Assembly: GCF_006345805.1 (NCBI RefSeq)
Contig: NC_042998.1
Location: 44,144,001-44,208,000, forward strand
Origin: Octopus sinensis
Lineage: Eukaryota
DNA: 64,000 nucleotides
Reading direction: 5' to 3'
Within the stretch, counting starts at the first letter, position 1; each line of letters starts with the position of its first letter. The position numbers were made by a program, and so were the translations under genes. Shown piece after piece: positions 1-13,998 of the stretch. The notes beneath the pieces were generated by a model, which was not told the DNA's origin, made no database searches, and saw only the letters and a list, made by a program, of their open reading frames with translations.

Positions 1-161
1 AAGAGCTGTACTCGAAATCTCAAACTCTCTGTTTTTACCGATCCTTTTACCGAGCATCAACCTAATATATTTCTTGTGCATGGCCTACCCCACGTTCGTT
101 CCTTTTCTTGATTTTTACAATTTTAATCCATTTACTGGAATTGTTTGTTAATTGTGTTGAT

Positions 162-215
<54 letters not shown>

Positions 216-467
216 TGTGAGTGTCTGTGTGTCTGTATGAGCCTGTGCGTGTATATATGTATACACACATGTATACATGTTTCCAAACTTGAACCCCCAT
301 AAATCCTAAATTCTATTTTAGAATTTATGGGATCGACTGTCTTTGATCCCATAAACAGCCAACAACTGATGAATGGTCCTTTTCCTATGTTAACTTGTCC
401 TGGTGATGTTCTGTACCCATATGTGCATGTATGTATATATATATATATATATATAATATATATATAT

Positions 468-550
<83 letters not shown>

Positions 551-956
551 GCAGGCAGACTGACTGACAGAATTTTGAAATATAATAGGAAACATTATAT
601 ATGTTTCCCAACAGACATTGCAGTATCCTGTCTAAATCACTTCCGAACTGAAAAAATTGATGTATTATACTTGGCACCGTGGATGCTAGCTTTATATTCA
701 TTACGTTCATATTATCTTAGAATTCTAGTTTACTTGAGTAGAATTTATATCTTTTGTCATAGTATAAGTTATAACACTACACACGATATCGGTCCTTCGA
801 GGTTATAAGCAGATTTTCTGTTGTCATGCAATAGTGTAAGGGACATATTTCCTTTAATGTGTTTGTGTGAAGAAGTTTTATTGTACATGCATATAGAATC
901 ACATACACATACAAGTACTCTTATATATCCATATCTATGTCTCTATATGCATGAAT

Positions 957-1271
<315 letters not shown>

Positions 1272-1899
1272 GATTATGTTGGCGTCATTTTTAGTATGTG
1301 CCAAATGTTTCCACACTGAGTAAATATTTTGACACTATTGCATGCCGAATAATGTTGACCATACTTCCGAAGTAATTATTCTACAGAACATTGTATTCTT
1401 CCATTTTCCATATCAATAATATTTCTGCTAAACATAATAGAATCTTAATCATACATTTGAATTTCCGATATGATAACTACTATCAAAATATTTTCTTTCA
1501 CCGTTTTCCCCGTTAACTTTTGCTTGCACAAAACGAATTCCGCGAGCATCAATATGAAAAGTATTCACTATCCGAGCAACTGAATATTAACTGCAGAAGT
1601 AACAAACGACTACAGCGTTAACAGAAATGTATCGCCAATCTCTTGTTCCGAATTATATCTTGTACACAATATTATTTTTGGTACTTTCGTGTGAACGACA
1701 GCCAGTTTTTGATTGATCAGAAGATTTGTAAATAAATAATTATACACTTGAGACGGGTGTAATAGCCGATCGGCTGCTATTTGGATTAGTTTTCCCTATC
1801 TCATGAAGAAAGGAAAGGACGAGCAATTGGCTGAGCGATACCTTCTGTAAAATAATTTGCCCAAAATATTTTCGCTTTTAAACATATGCTCCTTTATTT

Positions 1900-2105
1900 C
1901 ATGTATGTATGTATGTATGTATGTATGTATGTATGTATGTATGTATGTATGTATGTATGTATGTATGTATGCATGTATGTATGTATGTATGTATGCATGT
2001 ATGTATGTATCTATCAATCTATTTATCTAACTACCTGTCTGTCTTTCTGTCTATCTATCTATATATGTTTGTTATGTATGCATTCTTGTGTGTGTGTTTG
2101 TATGT

Positions 2106-2138
<33 letters not shown>

Positions 2139-2140
2139 CT
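1900..2140. repeat. (ATGT)n then (TG)n microsatellite
   Basis: Direct reading. Confidence 0.95.
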
Positions 2141-2933
2141 TGTGCAAATTTATGTCAGATGGAAAACAGGCTTTAATTAAAAATTGCTGCATTTGTTTCT
2201 GTGCCGTTCGACGAGTATTAAGTTTCTACGTTTTCATTCTCATATCATTACCTAAATGAATAATTATATAGATAAATACGATTCAACAACTGTAAATCAG
2301 CGGTTAGATTGCTCTTAAGGGACTGACAGATCTCTCTGAATGTCCTCTCTTCTATATGTCTTCGCATAAATATGGTTCTTTCTTTATCGATTGGTTCATG
2401 AGTTCAAGGCCACACAAGATACAAATACCAAAAGTATAAATATTGTTGTAGTAAAACAAAAATAAAGAATAAAATTTTAAAAAGCCAATTACAAAAGAAA
2501 TAGACGACATTCTTTAATGGAACACAAAATAAATACATCCATAAATGTATATCAAACCTAACTCCTATCTTTTCATTTTATTGTAAACTTGTGTTTTTGT
2601 CCCTTGGCATGCACTAGAATTATTTATTATCTTTAGAGTATGTCGCTATTTTCTTTCAAATGATCCATTGATACCACTTGAGAAAAAGAAAACCTTTTGA
2701 TATTCAATGAGATTCTTGTCTTACAAAGATATATTCCACCATACTCTTACCTACTGATGGCTATTCACTCTTTTCATTCATACATGCGCATATATACGCA
2801 CTCTCTATCTGTCTGTCTGTCTGTCTCTCTATGTCACACGCACACACACAAACATATCTATATGGCAAATGAAAGTTGGAAGATAGGAGAATTTATTATT
2901 AATCACGACAATAGTTTCCATACATCTAGCATC

Positions 2934-2990
<57 letters not shown>

Positions 2991-3419
2991 ACTCACACAC
3001 TTTCTTTTCTATTTTATATTTACTCATATATGCGTGTGTGTGTGTGTGTGTATCTATACATGTATGTAAGTGTATATGATATTCATAGACTTTCAGGTTG
3101 TCAGCTATCAAAATGGCAAAAAGCATAAAAAAAACATAATTTCAAAGGAATGTATGTTTCCGTTAATAAAATTATTTCATGAACTAATTCTTTTATGTTT
3201 TGAAACATGAAATATAAGTAACTTGTTCCAAAATTTCTTAGTTGTGTAAAGATATTGAATTTACGTTAAATTGAAAAAAATGTTCCCACCTTTTTATAAT
3301 AAACTCCAATGAAATAAGAATCATATTTCAATAAGAAATATAATTTTACATGTTCTCTTTGATATATATAATTTTACCGACAGGCTTATTTTATCATCGT
3401 TTTTATTACTAATGTTTGA

Positions 3420-3950
3420 ACAGACATTTAACCAGGAATAAATATTTTATGTTAATTAATCAAAAACCATGTGATTCCAACGAATACTCGTTGACTACTT
3501 TCTCCAGCTAATTTTACTGTATGGGGCCTATCAGAAACTTAGATTTGGAGATATAAACTGCTTCTCTGAGTAAACTATGGTGTATTTACCTTTACCTATG
3601 TTGCTACACAATTATTTTTTTATTTCGTTCTTGAATTTTGCACAATTATATCAATATTTTTAACATGAAATTATCCCTTACATATTGTGATATTAGTTTA
3701 GCTCTTTCTAGGGGATATTCATTGTTCAGATATCTAATGAGCCCTTGGAAGGGGTAAAACTAGTGTTGCATATAAACCATGTAATGATAAGGATGTCGGG
3801 GATATGTGTAAATTGAATGAATTTACATCTTTGAATAAATATTATGTTCGATGTAGCGCATCATGTACCTAATGATTCTGGATAAGAATTTTAGTGAAAG
3901 ATAATTTTCTTCATCAATTATTCAGCATTCTGTATATTAGATAAATCTTA
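3420..3950 (-). mobile_element. Possible highly decayed non-LTR RT relic (R4/Dong-like?)
   Basis: About 100 codons with only two in-frame stops. TTCCAAGGG-CTCATTA resembles FQG(D)SL with a 2-nt deletion, followed by MNIP.KELN-like residues. The match is weak. Confidence 0.22.
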
Positions 3951-4261
3951 AATCCACCGTGGAGTACATAACACTCAGTTATGTAGGATACTCAAAGAAT
4001 AACCTATTACACAGTCACTTGACTTAGTCAAAACCCAACTTTATAAAGAAGACGGGACGTAATGGGCAATGTAGTCAATGACATATTAAAAAGAGGCGTA
4101 ATGGTCAGGGCTGGAAAATTATTAATCAAAATTTTTCTGTCATGATAGACCCAAGGCCCCAAAAAATGCGACATAGCTAATTTAGTCAAATTGCAATGTC
4201 CACATTTATATTAACTCCCACTCCCCTTTGATAGTAACAACCAAAACACAACAACCATCAT

Positions 4262-4850
4262 CATGCTAAATGGAGAGAAGTGGACACTTTCAAGTACCTA
4301 GGATACACTTACACGAAGAATGGCAGAATTCAAAGGGTGATAAGAAAACTCTCTGCTGCCATGATGAAGCTGAACAACATATAGCGAAGCAATTCCATTA
4401 GTTATCCAGCAAGACTCAGAGCGTACACGACCCTGATGACTTCGATCTTCTGTGAGTGCTGACAGCTAATACGGAGAAAAGAATCCAGGCATTTGAATGA
4501 AAATGCTTCAGGTTATTATATATCCTGTACACGGAGCACAAAACTAAAAATTTCGTCAGACAGCCAGTCAACAAATACACTGACTGACTGGATCTCCTCC
4601 TTGGGTAGGTAAAGAAGACGAAAGCTTGGTTGGTACGGTCATGTATCTCCCCCACAACTACCTGTACAGAATTATTAAGTTGGGGTGAAAGAGAGGCAGG
4701 CAGAGAAAATCCTGGTCTGACAACATCAAGAATTGGACAAGCCATAACACAGCGAACCTACTACGCGTGACGGAGCCCAAAGACCAGTGGCGACAGTTGA
4801 CTATGAAAGCATCAGCTAAGAAACATTTATGATAATGATGAGTTTTGTAC
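4262..4850 (+). mobile_element. RTE-clade LINE 3' fragment, decayed
   Basis: Across stops and frameshifts: VDTFKYLG, EKRIQAFE*KCFR, KLGWYGHV, RGRQRKSWSDNIKNWT, WRQLT, followed by a short (ATG)n-like tail. Confidence 0.82.
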
Positions 4851-4881
4851 AAAAACTTCATTTTAGATAACATACTCTTTT

Positions 4882-5030
4882 CTACTCCAGGTAGAAGGCC
4901 CCCAAAATTTTTGGAGAGGGGGCCAGTCGATTAGATCGACCCCTGCACGCAACTGGTACTTAAGTTATCGACCCCGAAAAGATGAAAAAGCATAGTCGAC
5001 CTCAGGGGAATTTGAACTGAGAATGTAAAG
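4882..5030 (-). mobile_element. tRNA-derived SINE, partial
   Basis: gtcgattagatcgacccc..ctggtact..tcgaccccgaaa..gtcgacctc..gaatttgaact family motifs. Confidence 0.85.
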
Positions 5031-6334
5031 TTGTATATAATATACTAAAAACAAGGTTCTTCGTATCCTAATGTAATGTAACTAGGTGTATGCTGTTAAT
5101 TTCTTTTCTATGATTCCCTTATAATAGTGAACATTAACCTGGGTATGAGTCACTGAAATTTTTGAAATATCAAATATTCAACAACAGTCTACCTCTAATA
5201 TCTTGTGTATCTACATCGCAATCGGTAGTGTAGGATCATTAGGAAAATATAAATCATTAAGTGCGAAATATCAATGATTTTATCATGAATTTATTGAATT
5301 ATTATATAATTTACTCACTTTCAAAAAAAGGACGCTAATTCTCATGTTTTTCTTTGCATAAGTAGAGTCGTGAAGAGGTTTTTAAATTCATCAGAGAAGC
5401 AAGGAAATGATCATGATATTTATGCCGGCCGTGTGAAATTGAGTCAAATAAAGTGGATACCTTGTCGTAAAGCATGCGTTTAAGTTGTCTTATGAAGGAT
5501 AACCTAAACGCCAGAGGTTCATTAAACGGAATGACTAATTAAGTCTACCACCCAAATACAGTTGCAATCCAATCGACGGGCTTCCACATAATTTCCGTCT
5601 GCCCTCTTTCATTCACAAGGCTTAAATCAAACCAAGTAGAAATCCTGCAAATAGCGACATTCATTTCAATAACTATCACTTTTAAGATGTTTTGCTACTT
5701 CATACTCACTTCTAAAAGACACTTCAGATAAATTTAAAATAACTTTATTATCGTTATTTCGTAATGTTGCACATAATTCATATACGTATCCAGTATTTAC
5801 TTGTAACCCATAATTGTTGTGTCGAGCAGAAATTGCATGGATAATTTTTGAGGAAAAAATATAATAAAAAAAATTATAAATTTCTAAGTAACGACTTCAT
5901 AAATGTTCCCTTCTCCAAATATGACAGTATATTTATAAACGCATTTACCATTTACATGGATTCTATGAACAACAATTCATTTCGTTCTAAATTTATTTAT
6001 TGTTTCTGTATAACACATTGAATTCTATATTAAGTGGTATTATTTCAGAAACAGTATTTTTCTACTAACACCGTAATATTTTATCATTAAACTATGATTT
6101 TATGAAAAATATATCGGAATATGCAATTGACTGATATTTGGTGAGCTTATAAATTCATTAGCTGCGTGTCACTCTGCAGAGAGAAATTGGTGAAGGATGC
6201 TTCTGTTGAAGAGGGATCAAAATGATGCCAAAATTCGCTTACTTTTTATTGCACCTAAGCAGAGTACATACACAAGACATGTGTTCATATATGTCTGTGT
6301 ATTGGTTTAAGCATTGGCGCTAAATATACACATA

Positions 6335-6374
<40 letters not shown>

Positions 6375-6610
6375 TGTGTGTGTACATATATTTATTTCTA
6401 CATATCTATCATATAGGCCTGCTACAAACAAACACGAGTAATGGAACAAGATACACGAGTATATGTAGATAATTTATTATATTTAAAGATAGAAAGTATT
6501 GAAAGTTACGGGGACATTTTTGTTTGACGCTTATCAGTGAGCAATGCATAAACGGACGGCCCTTAAATCCCTCTTGTAACAATTTTACGAAGTTTAAACA
6601 TAATAGATAG

Positions 6611-6641
<31 letters not shown>

Positions 6642-6731
6642 ATATATGGGTAACAAAAAATTCAAGAAAAATTTTCTGCAACCAGCGGTCAAGTGAGAAA
6701 ATAGAGATAGTCACAGACTATATAATATATT

Positions 6732-6853
6732 CAACAAATAATTAAGGAATGACCCTGAGAAGGTCGTTCGACTATTTTTGCGGTTTTGAGTTTAGCTGCT
6801 CTTTTCAAGTGAGTCGAACGACCTTCTCAGGGTCATTCCTTAATTATTTGTTG
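6732..6853. repeat. Perfect 42-bp inverted repeat (MITE/foldback-like)
   Basis: caacaaataattaaggaatgaccctgagaaggtcgttcgact (6732-6773) and its reverse complement (6812-6853), with a 38-nt spacer. Confidence 0.9.
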
Positions 6854-6865
6854 TATATATATATG

Positions 6866-7212
6866 TTTTTTCAACACGTAAATACTGAAAAGTACATATA
6901 AATGATAAAAAAATTTTAAGAGCAATAAAATTTGCCGGCAAATAGCCGTGAGGATCGAACTGACATTCCTCCAATATCCTGTTGGAGGATATTAAGCTAA
7001 ACTGCTGAACGGCAAATTCTTCCGCAATTTTTGAAGTTATAAAGTCGTCCAGAAACGCTAGGTATCATAGATAACATCATATGTAATCCGGATATTGGAG
7101 GGTATGAGTTCGATCCTCACGGCTGGTTGCTAGCAAATTCTTCTGCTCTTAAAAGGATTTTATCCCTTATATATATATATATATGCTGTTCAGTATTCAT
7201 GTGTTGAAAAAA
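6866..7212. mobile_element. MITE-like element with ~115-bp diverged inverted arms carrying B-box-like motifs
   Basis: Arms are about 6866-6979 and 7090-7212. Both contain GTTCGATCCTCACGGC, on opposite strands. Confidence 0.65.
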
Positions 7213-8752
7213 ATATATCTTTCTATTTGTTCTACAGTACATTTCAAAGCTTCAAAAACAAACTTATGTTTGTTTATCGGCATGACCGACCGCTAGCCTC
7301 TAAGGCTTTTTTATTCTCTCTCTGTTTATTTTCTCTTGTTCCTTTATGTTAAAGAGCTTAGGCTCAAAATGTGAAAGACTGCCTCACCTTCTCGAGAGTT
7401 AAACTAATACACCTGTTAGTTGTTTACACACCTGTCTTCGTCTTTTGTATTTTTGTAAATTCCAACTATATACTGTGCGTGTGTGTGTGTATGTATATAT
7501 ATATATATATATACAAACATACACACGCGCACGCACATGTGCCCACAACAGGGATCTATAAGCAGACGCTTGCACACACACATACTAAAAGCACGCAATA
7601 CATACACCAGACACACATATACAGACAGGGATAACAGATACAAATACACACGTATGTGTGCACATACAACTGCATGTGCACACACGCAGACACACATTAC
7701 ATACACGCATACAAACACCTAAGCACAGCATCTACTATATCACGCATATAAGCGCATACGTACCTATCGAATACCAACGAACTGATGTCGCAAGCTCATA
7801 AACACACATAACGCGTACGCACAAAGTAGGTACATACGCACACTCTCAAACATCAGGCAAGTATACACAAGCGCAACACACACCAATGAACTGATGTCGG
7901 TAACAGTCCAAACACCACTTCCCAGACAAAGAGCTACAGCCAACAAACTGTCCTTCACTTGATTCTCGAAATGTGGATTGTAATACAAAATTAGTATTGA
8001 TGCTGGTACCATATTAATTGCACAATGTGGCATGCTGCGTCAAAATGAAAATAAGGAAGAAATGGAGGAGTTCTGTTATTTTCTCTCTTCCTGGTCGTAT
8101 CTTTTGTATTTCCTTGATATAAAAAGTGTTATTCGATTATAACAATGGTTCTTTTTTCACGTAAAAAAATACTCACAGGGAATGTCAAAAAGTTTATTAA
8201 CTTTTGTATAATTCAATTATTTCCGTTATGAACATTAGACAGATGTAAATTAGTCTTCCCTAAATAATATGAAACGTGTAGCTAACATGAAGCAATGCTG
8301 AAAAGCTAATGTCACAAGGTTTTTCTCTTCTTTTTTTATTTTGTTTGCACTGCATGCATGTTGAAGATGAAAATGGAAAAGGAAATAGGTTGTTAATTCC
8401 GTTTCCAATCAGTTAATTTTTTTTTTTTTAAAAGCCCCTGACGATATGAGTAACCTCGCATATTAAAGGAACTATATCTACGGAATTATTTACTTAATTA
8501 TTTAGTTAATTCTTTTTGCCATTGAAACGACTGCATAAGATAATTGAGACACGAATTATTTGTTAAATACATGTTTCTCTACTCTTTATTCTAAATATGC
8601 TAGTCTCAACAGTGGTTATTGCAGATATTGTATGAATATTCAGTTTTCTTCCAGTTTTACAGTAAAGTATTGGAATTCAAAGAGGTGCTATCAATTGAAT
8701 GCTTAATTATCTTGGAAATATTTCTTTTATCCTTATACATCAAGTATACATT

Positions 8753-8786
<34 letters not shown>

Positions 8787-9904
8787 TATATATGTATATG
8801 TATTTGTTGTTTATATGTTTATCAATTTCTATGGCGGAGCATGAAATCTTAGGATATAGGATTATCCGAAATTTTGAAACTCTGTTTGCCCCATACCTCG
8901 CATCTGACCTAGAGTTATAAACAGAGAATGGATTGTAGGTATTTGACATCTACTTGTAGCGTATAGGCGCTGGTATAATTTTATTTTATAATTATATATT
9001 TAAAACAAAATACATATATATACACATATATGTGTGTGTGGGGAGAGAGACAGAGAGAGACAGGGAGAGGGAGAGAGAGAAATGGAGAGATATCAAAGAA
9101 AGTATATAAAGTTTCTAAATGCATGCTAGCATTTTATCAGAATAAATGTATAGTAGAAATTCAACAGAAATTTCTCTTAAGTTAAATCCTTTCAAATTCG
9201 AGTGGTTTCTTATACAGCAATATAATCTCTTTAATTTTTTTTCTCGTTTGTACATTTCGTGCATATAAGAAAGTGATATCATGTATAATATAATTGTTAT
9301 AATTCCTTTTACTTTCTCACATGCTGATTTTCTTGCAGAACACGAACACCTGTTAATACAAATCTAGTAAATATTAATAAAATTTGAAATACTCTTTGAA
9401 GATAAAAGTTTTCGTAGTATTACTAGGAACCTTTTATAAAAATGATGATTACCTGTTCAAAACTGGAATTTATATTCAGCAAACCGTAGAATTAGAATTA
9501 AGAATCTCAGTCAGTTTATATCTATAACTTGGAAAGACACGAAATCCTTCTGCGAAATGAGTTTGTAATATAGTCCAGTTTTAATCTAAGCAGAGTACTA
9601 TCGGATCGACTGTGGTTTCTGTCTGCTTATTAGTTGTCTTGTTGAATTTAACTTCTGTCAAACTACAGAATGAACAAGATTATGGCTACTAAAAACTGTT
9701 ATTTTGTTATAAATGGATAATCTATATGTATTTGCTTCTCCTTGAACAACAGAAACAGTAAGATTAAGTTGAACAAAGCATTTAATATGCACAAGCCATA
9801 ATTCCGACACTGTCATGAAAAGGACTTGTGATATCTACTCAAAGTTTATTCCAAAGAAACATTATTAACACGCGCACACATGCACACACACACACACACA
9901 CACA

Positions 9905-9945
<41 letters not shown>

Positions 9946-10920
9946 TCATACATACACACACGTGATGGTAGTCTCTATTAGTCCGAGAAAGGCGGTTCTG
10001 CAATTTCTTGCTGTGTAACCGATCCTATACCTGATCGTTTCCTATGCTTTTATTTTTTCTTTTATTTTTCCTTCACCCTTACGTTTGATTTATTTATCTT
10101 CTCTTTTTTCCTTTAGCCTTAATTGTTTTATGACCCCTCCTTACCACAACTCATAGCCTACTATAATAAATTATTTCTTACAACTCACTCCAGTCTCATC
10201 CGAGCCACTGATCTTACATATCAAATTACACACTTTCAGGAACCACATTCTTAACCTAAACTGTCAACATACTTGGTCATTCTCCTATTTTATAGTTGAC
10301 TTCGACAGACGCATCCCTTCTGTATTCTTGGATATTCTTTGTTTTGTAAAATTACTTCTCATCTCATGATTACAGTCTTCAATTAAAACGTTACGTGAGA
10401 AACAGCGGTAATGGACTGACAATTATCCATCGTACGTTATTATTTAACATGCATATGCATACAGGCACATATAGACTTTTCATTAACATATATATGCATA
10501 CAGACACATGAGCATTGCCTACTCTGTCTTGCTGTCGAGCAACTATGTAGACTCTCTCCTCAATAAAGCATCGTGACCCTCCAAAATATAACTGTGTACT
10601 CTAAATCATCTGATATTTATGCTGTCCGGTGCAAATATTGGCTATATATCTAACAAAAATCACTGGGCACGATCCTAATACGCAGTAACTTGTTCAAGTG
10701 TTATTTAGTGTCACCTCTAGTTAATCAATAGCTTGTTAGTAGAATTTGGTGAACGGAAATTTTGTAGAAGATCTTGCATCAAAGTACGCGTAACTGTTCT
10801 GCAAAACTACATATAAATAAGTAGCACAGTGAACACACTATGGAAGTCAATATTATTAACCATAACCATTGGAGTCGTTGCATCTAACTGGTCAAGAACA
10901 TTGAAATAGACTTTGGCATC

Positions 10921-11150
10921 TCTTTCTCTTTTACTTGCTTCGGTCATATGAATGTGGTCATGCTGGATCACCGCCTTTACACGACCAAATCGACCCCAGG
11001 ACTTGTAAGCGTGGTACTTATTCTATCGGCTCCTTTTACCGAACCGCTAAGGTACGGGGACGTAAAAACACTAGCATCGGTTGTCAAGTGATGTTGGGGA
11101 AGGGACAAACACAGACACACAGACATATACACACATGCATACACACACAC

Positions 11151-11213
<63 letters not shown>

Positions 11214-11368
11214 CGACCGGCTTCTTTCAGCTTACGTCTACTAAATCCATTCACAAGGCTTTGGTCGGCCTGAGGCTATAGAAGAAGGCACTTTCCCAAG
11301 GTGCCACGCAGTGGGACTGAACCTGGAACCATGTGGTTCGTTAACAAGCTACTTCCCACACAGGCAGT
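10921..11368 (-). mobile_element. CORE-type SINE with an internal (TA)n/(TG)n tract
   Basis: Minus strand: GGTTCAGTCCCACTGCGTGGCACCTTGGGAAAGTGCCTTCTTCTATAGCCTCAGG (B box plus MIR/CORE-like segment). The tail resembles 19085-19150. Partial relics lie at about 5560-5630 and 51015-51120. Confidence 0.75.
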
Positions 11369-11734
11369 GTATACTGTAGAAAATAAAAGAAAAAAGAAAA
11401 ATAATGGCGTTTTGTTCCCAATTTTGTATGTATATATTTTTTCTTTCAACAATGTGGTTTACAATTACGGTAAGAAACTATGTGAGAAGTCCTAGATATT
11501 TGGGAAAAATTCGATTTCTTTCTATGACATGAATAAGACTGATTTAAAATAAAGAATGTGTGGATGTTTGTTTGATTATATAGGTGAATTCAATGTCAAG
11601 CCTATCATGACAATCACACTCACGGATATACATTGTACCATTTCACAATCACACACACACACACACACATAAACGAAACAACACACACAGATATACGTGT
11701 GTGCGTGTATATATGTGCGTGTGTATGAGACTGG

Positions 11735-12066
11735 CTGAAACGTCTCAACATTGAGCTGCATATTTTCTTCATTCCATTTGGATATCGCATTCATGTTTTT
11801 CTTCAGATTTAGGATGTCATCAGGTTCCTTGACTATCTGCGATACATTTGCATTATCAATATATCTCACAACATTGGTTGATTGTGTGGCTGAAAAAATC
11901 ACGAGAAACAGTAGTTTTCCCAGCACAATACCTGTCAAATTATGGTCTTTTAAAAAGTCAGTATTAAAGTTAGTTTTGCAGCACAGTTTGTGACAGACCA
12001 TCGGACGATCATTAATTTTGAAGGCCTTGGCTGAGTCGAGATAAACCACGCCCACACTTGGGTCGT
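11735..12066 (-). mobile_element. CR1-group LINE reverse-transcriptase fragment with internal deletions
   Basis: VGVVYLDSAKAF (YLDFAKAFD), GIVLGKLLFLV (QGSVLGPLLF), RYIDNANV (FADDTK), LNLKKNMNAISKWNEENMQLNVETFQ (LQ.DL..I..W...N.M.LN..KF). Confidence 0.8.
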
Positions 12067-12067
12067 T

Positions 12068-12115
<48 letters not shown>

Positions 12116-12117
<2 letters not shown>

Positions 12118-12832
12118 TCATGGAGATGAAAGAGCCAAAAAAGAAATAAATGGAGGAAAAACTAAAAGAAGAACAAAGGATGAAACAGCCAAAGAAGGAA
12201 AAACTAAAACTCAAACAAAACCAAAAGATGAAACAGCCAAGGATAGAAGCAAACCTGACTATCCATGTACCAAAAAGGATAGAAACAGACAGCGCACAAG
12301 AATATGTAAATTCTACATGAAATGTGTCTGCTGGCATGGAGAGGAAAGTGCAGACTGCCTACACCTCACCTCGATGCTCCTACTGAACATCAGAGGACTG
12401 CTAACACTCAGTAATAGGACAAAAATCCCGTTCTTGAGAGACTTTGTTGCATGCAATCAAGCCTTATGCATAGCACTTACGGAAACACACCTGAAACCGG
12501 ACATAGCAGATGCAGAATTACACATACCACAGTATGTTGTACTACGGACCGACAGAAAAGAAAGGAGTCATGGAGGAGTTGCTATGTACATCCGTGAGGA
12601 CCTCACATCCCAGGTCCTTTTGTCATACTCAAATTCGGTGTGTGACACACTAATTGTACATATAAGGCAACTTCGTGTAGTTGTGTGTGCTACATATCGC
12701 CCTCCGATGCCACAAGCCATGTAGGCAAGTTTGAAGACTGCCTTATAAAAATAGAAGTTCTAGTCACATTAGAACAACACATAAGTGTACTTCTTATGGG
12801 AAACTTCAATCTACCCAATGTCAGATGGCCCG
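12116..12832 (+). mobile_element. CR1-group LINE fragment: Cys/His finger plus APE endonuclease N-terminus
   Basis: ICKFYMKCVCWHGEESADCLH, then LLNIRGL, IALTETHL, RTDRKERSHGGVAMYIRE, YRPP and a frameshifted LLMGNFNLPNVRW (GDFNLP.I.W of CR1-type endonucleases). Confidence 0.85.
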
Positions 12833-13906
12833 AGAAACTTTACGCGTGTGTAGGGCTTATGGCCATGCACTTACGCCCATACATTCACTTACGTATTTGG
12901 AATTTCAAAGAAATAGATAATTTTTAGTCAGCATCGATTTTTCAAAAATCACTTGGACATTTCAATGAACATTAATTTCTGCCATAACTTTTGAAGTTTT
13001 CAACCGATTTTCTTGGAATATGCGCTAAGGATGGGTTGAGATAAATAAATTCTTACCTAGGCCACTCATGCAAAGCTCAAGATGATTTTTGATTAACTGA
13101 ATAACGAAATTTGGCCTACAATTTTGTGGGGTCAAAATGTTCATCAATTATTTCAGCATTTTCAGGTTGCTGTAACATGTATTTTCTTAACACCTGAACT
13201 TAAAATTATCGATTCTAAAAGTTTCATCGTTGTGTGATAAAATGTGTAACATGTAATTTCTTAACATCTGCATTTAAAATTGTCAGCTCTAACCGTTGCA
13301 ATCGATATTTGATTCACACAATCAGTGGTAATATACCTATGAAACAGTCGTCAAATTAAGAGCCTTTTATCTAAATAGTTTTTTGTTTTACATTGCAATT
13401 ACATTTAATATTCTTTAAACAAATGTAATATTTTCGCTGTAGTAAAGTTTAAGCCAAATGTTGGACGAAAATTGTTAGTAGAAGAGAAAATATGGCAACC
13501 CTAGTCACACTGATAGTTGAAATACCAGACATCATGTTGTAAGTCTCGAAACAAACAACAATATCATTCTGAATATAAAAATAATGTCAGAAATGTCAAA
13601 CTGCTTTCTTTAGCACTTGTCATTCTTTGTCTTCATATAAAACAAATAGTTTAATTTGTTTATCCATTCATTGCGCTTAGAACTTTAATAATATTTTACC
13701 ACAAGACTTTATCTAATTTAGCATTTCTGACAAGAAAAATAATGAAATTATTTTGTGAGAAGAATAAATAAAAAAATGTTTCGCTTGAGATTGTATAGCA
13801 TACGCTTGATGAAGATAACTGATTCAAAGAAAGAATATATATATAACGGATATATAAGTATACGGAATTATATCTATATAGCGGATATACAAGTGAACGG
13901 GTATAT

Positions 13907-13998
<92 letters not shown>

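Noticed and set aside
3640-3920. Possible stop-codon reassignment (TAA/TAG read as Gln) in a long minus frame
   Set aside because: TE relics elsewhere in the window use the standard code; ordinary decay explains the two stops.
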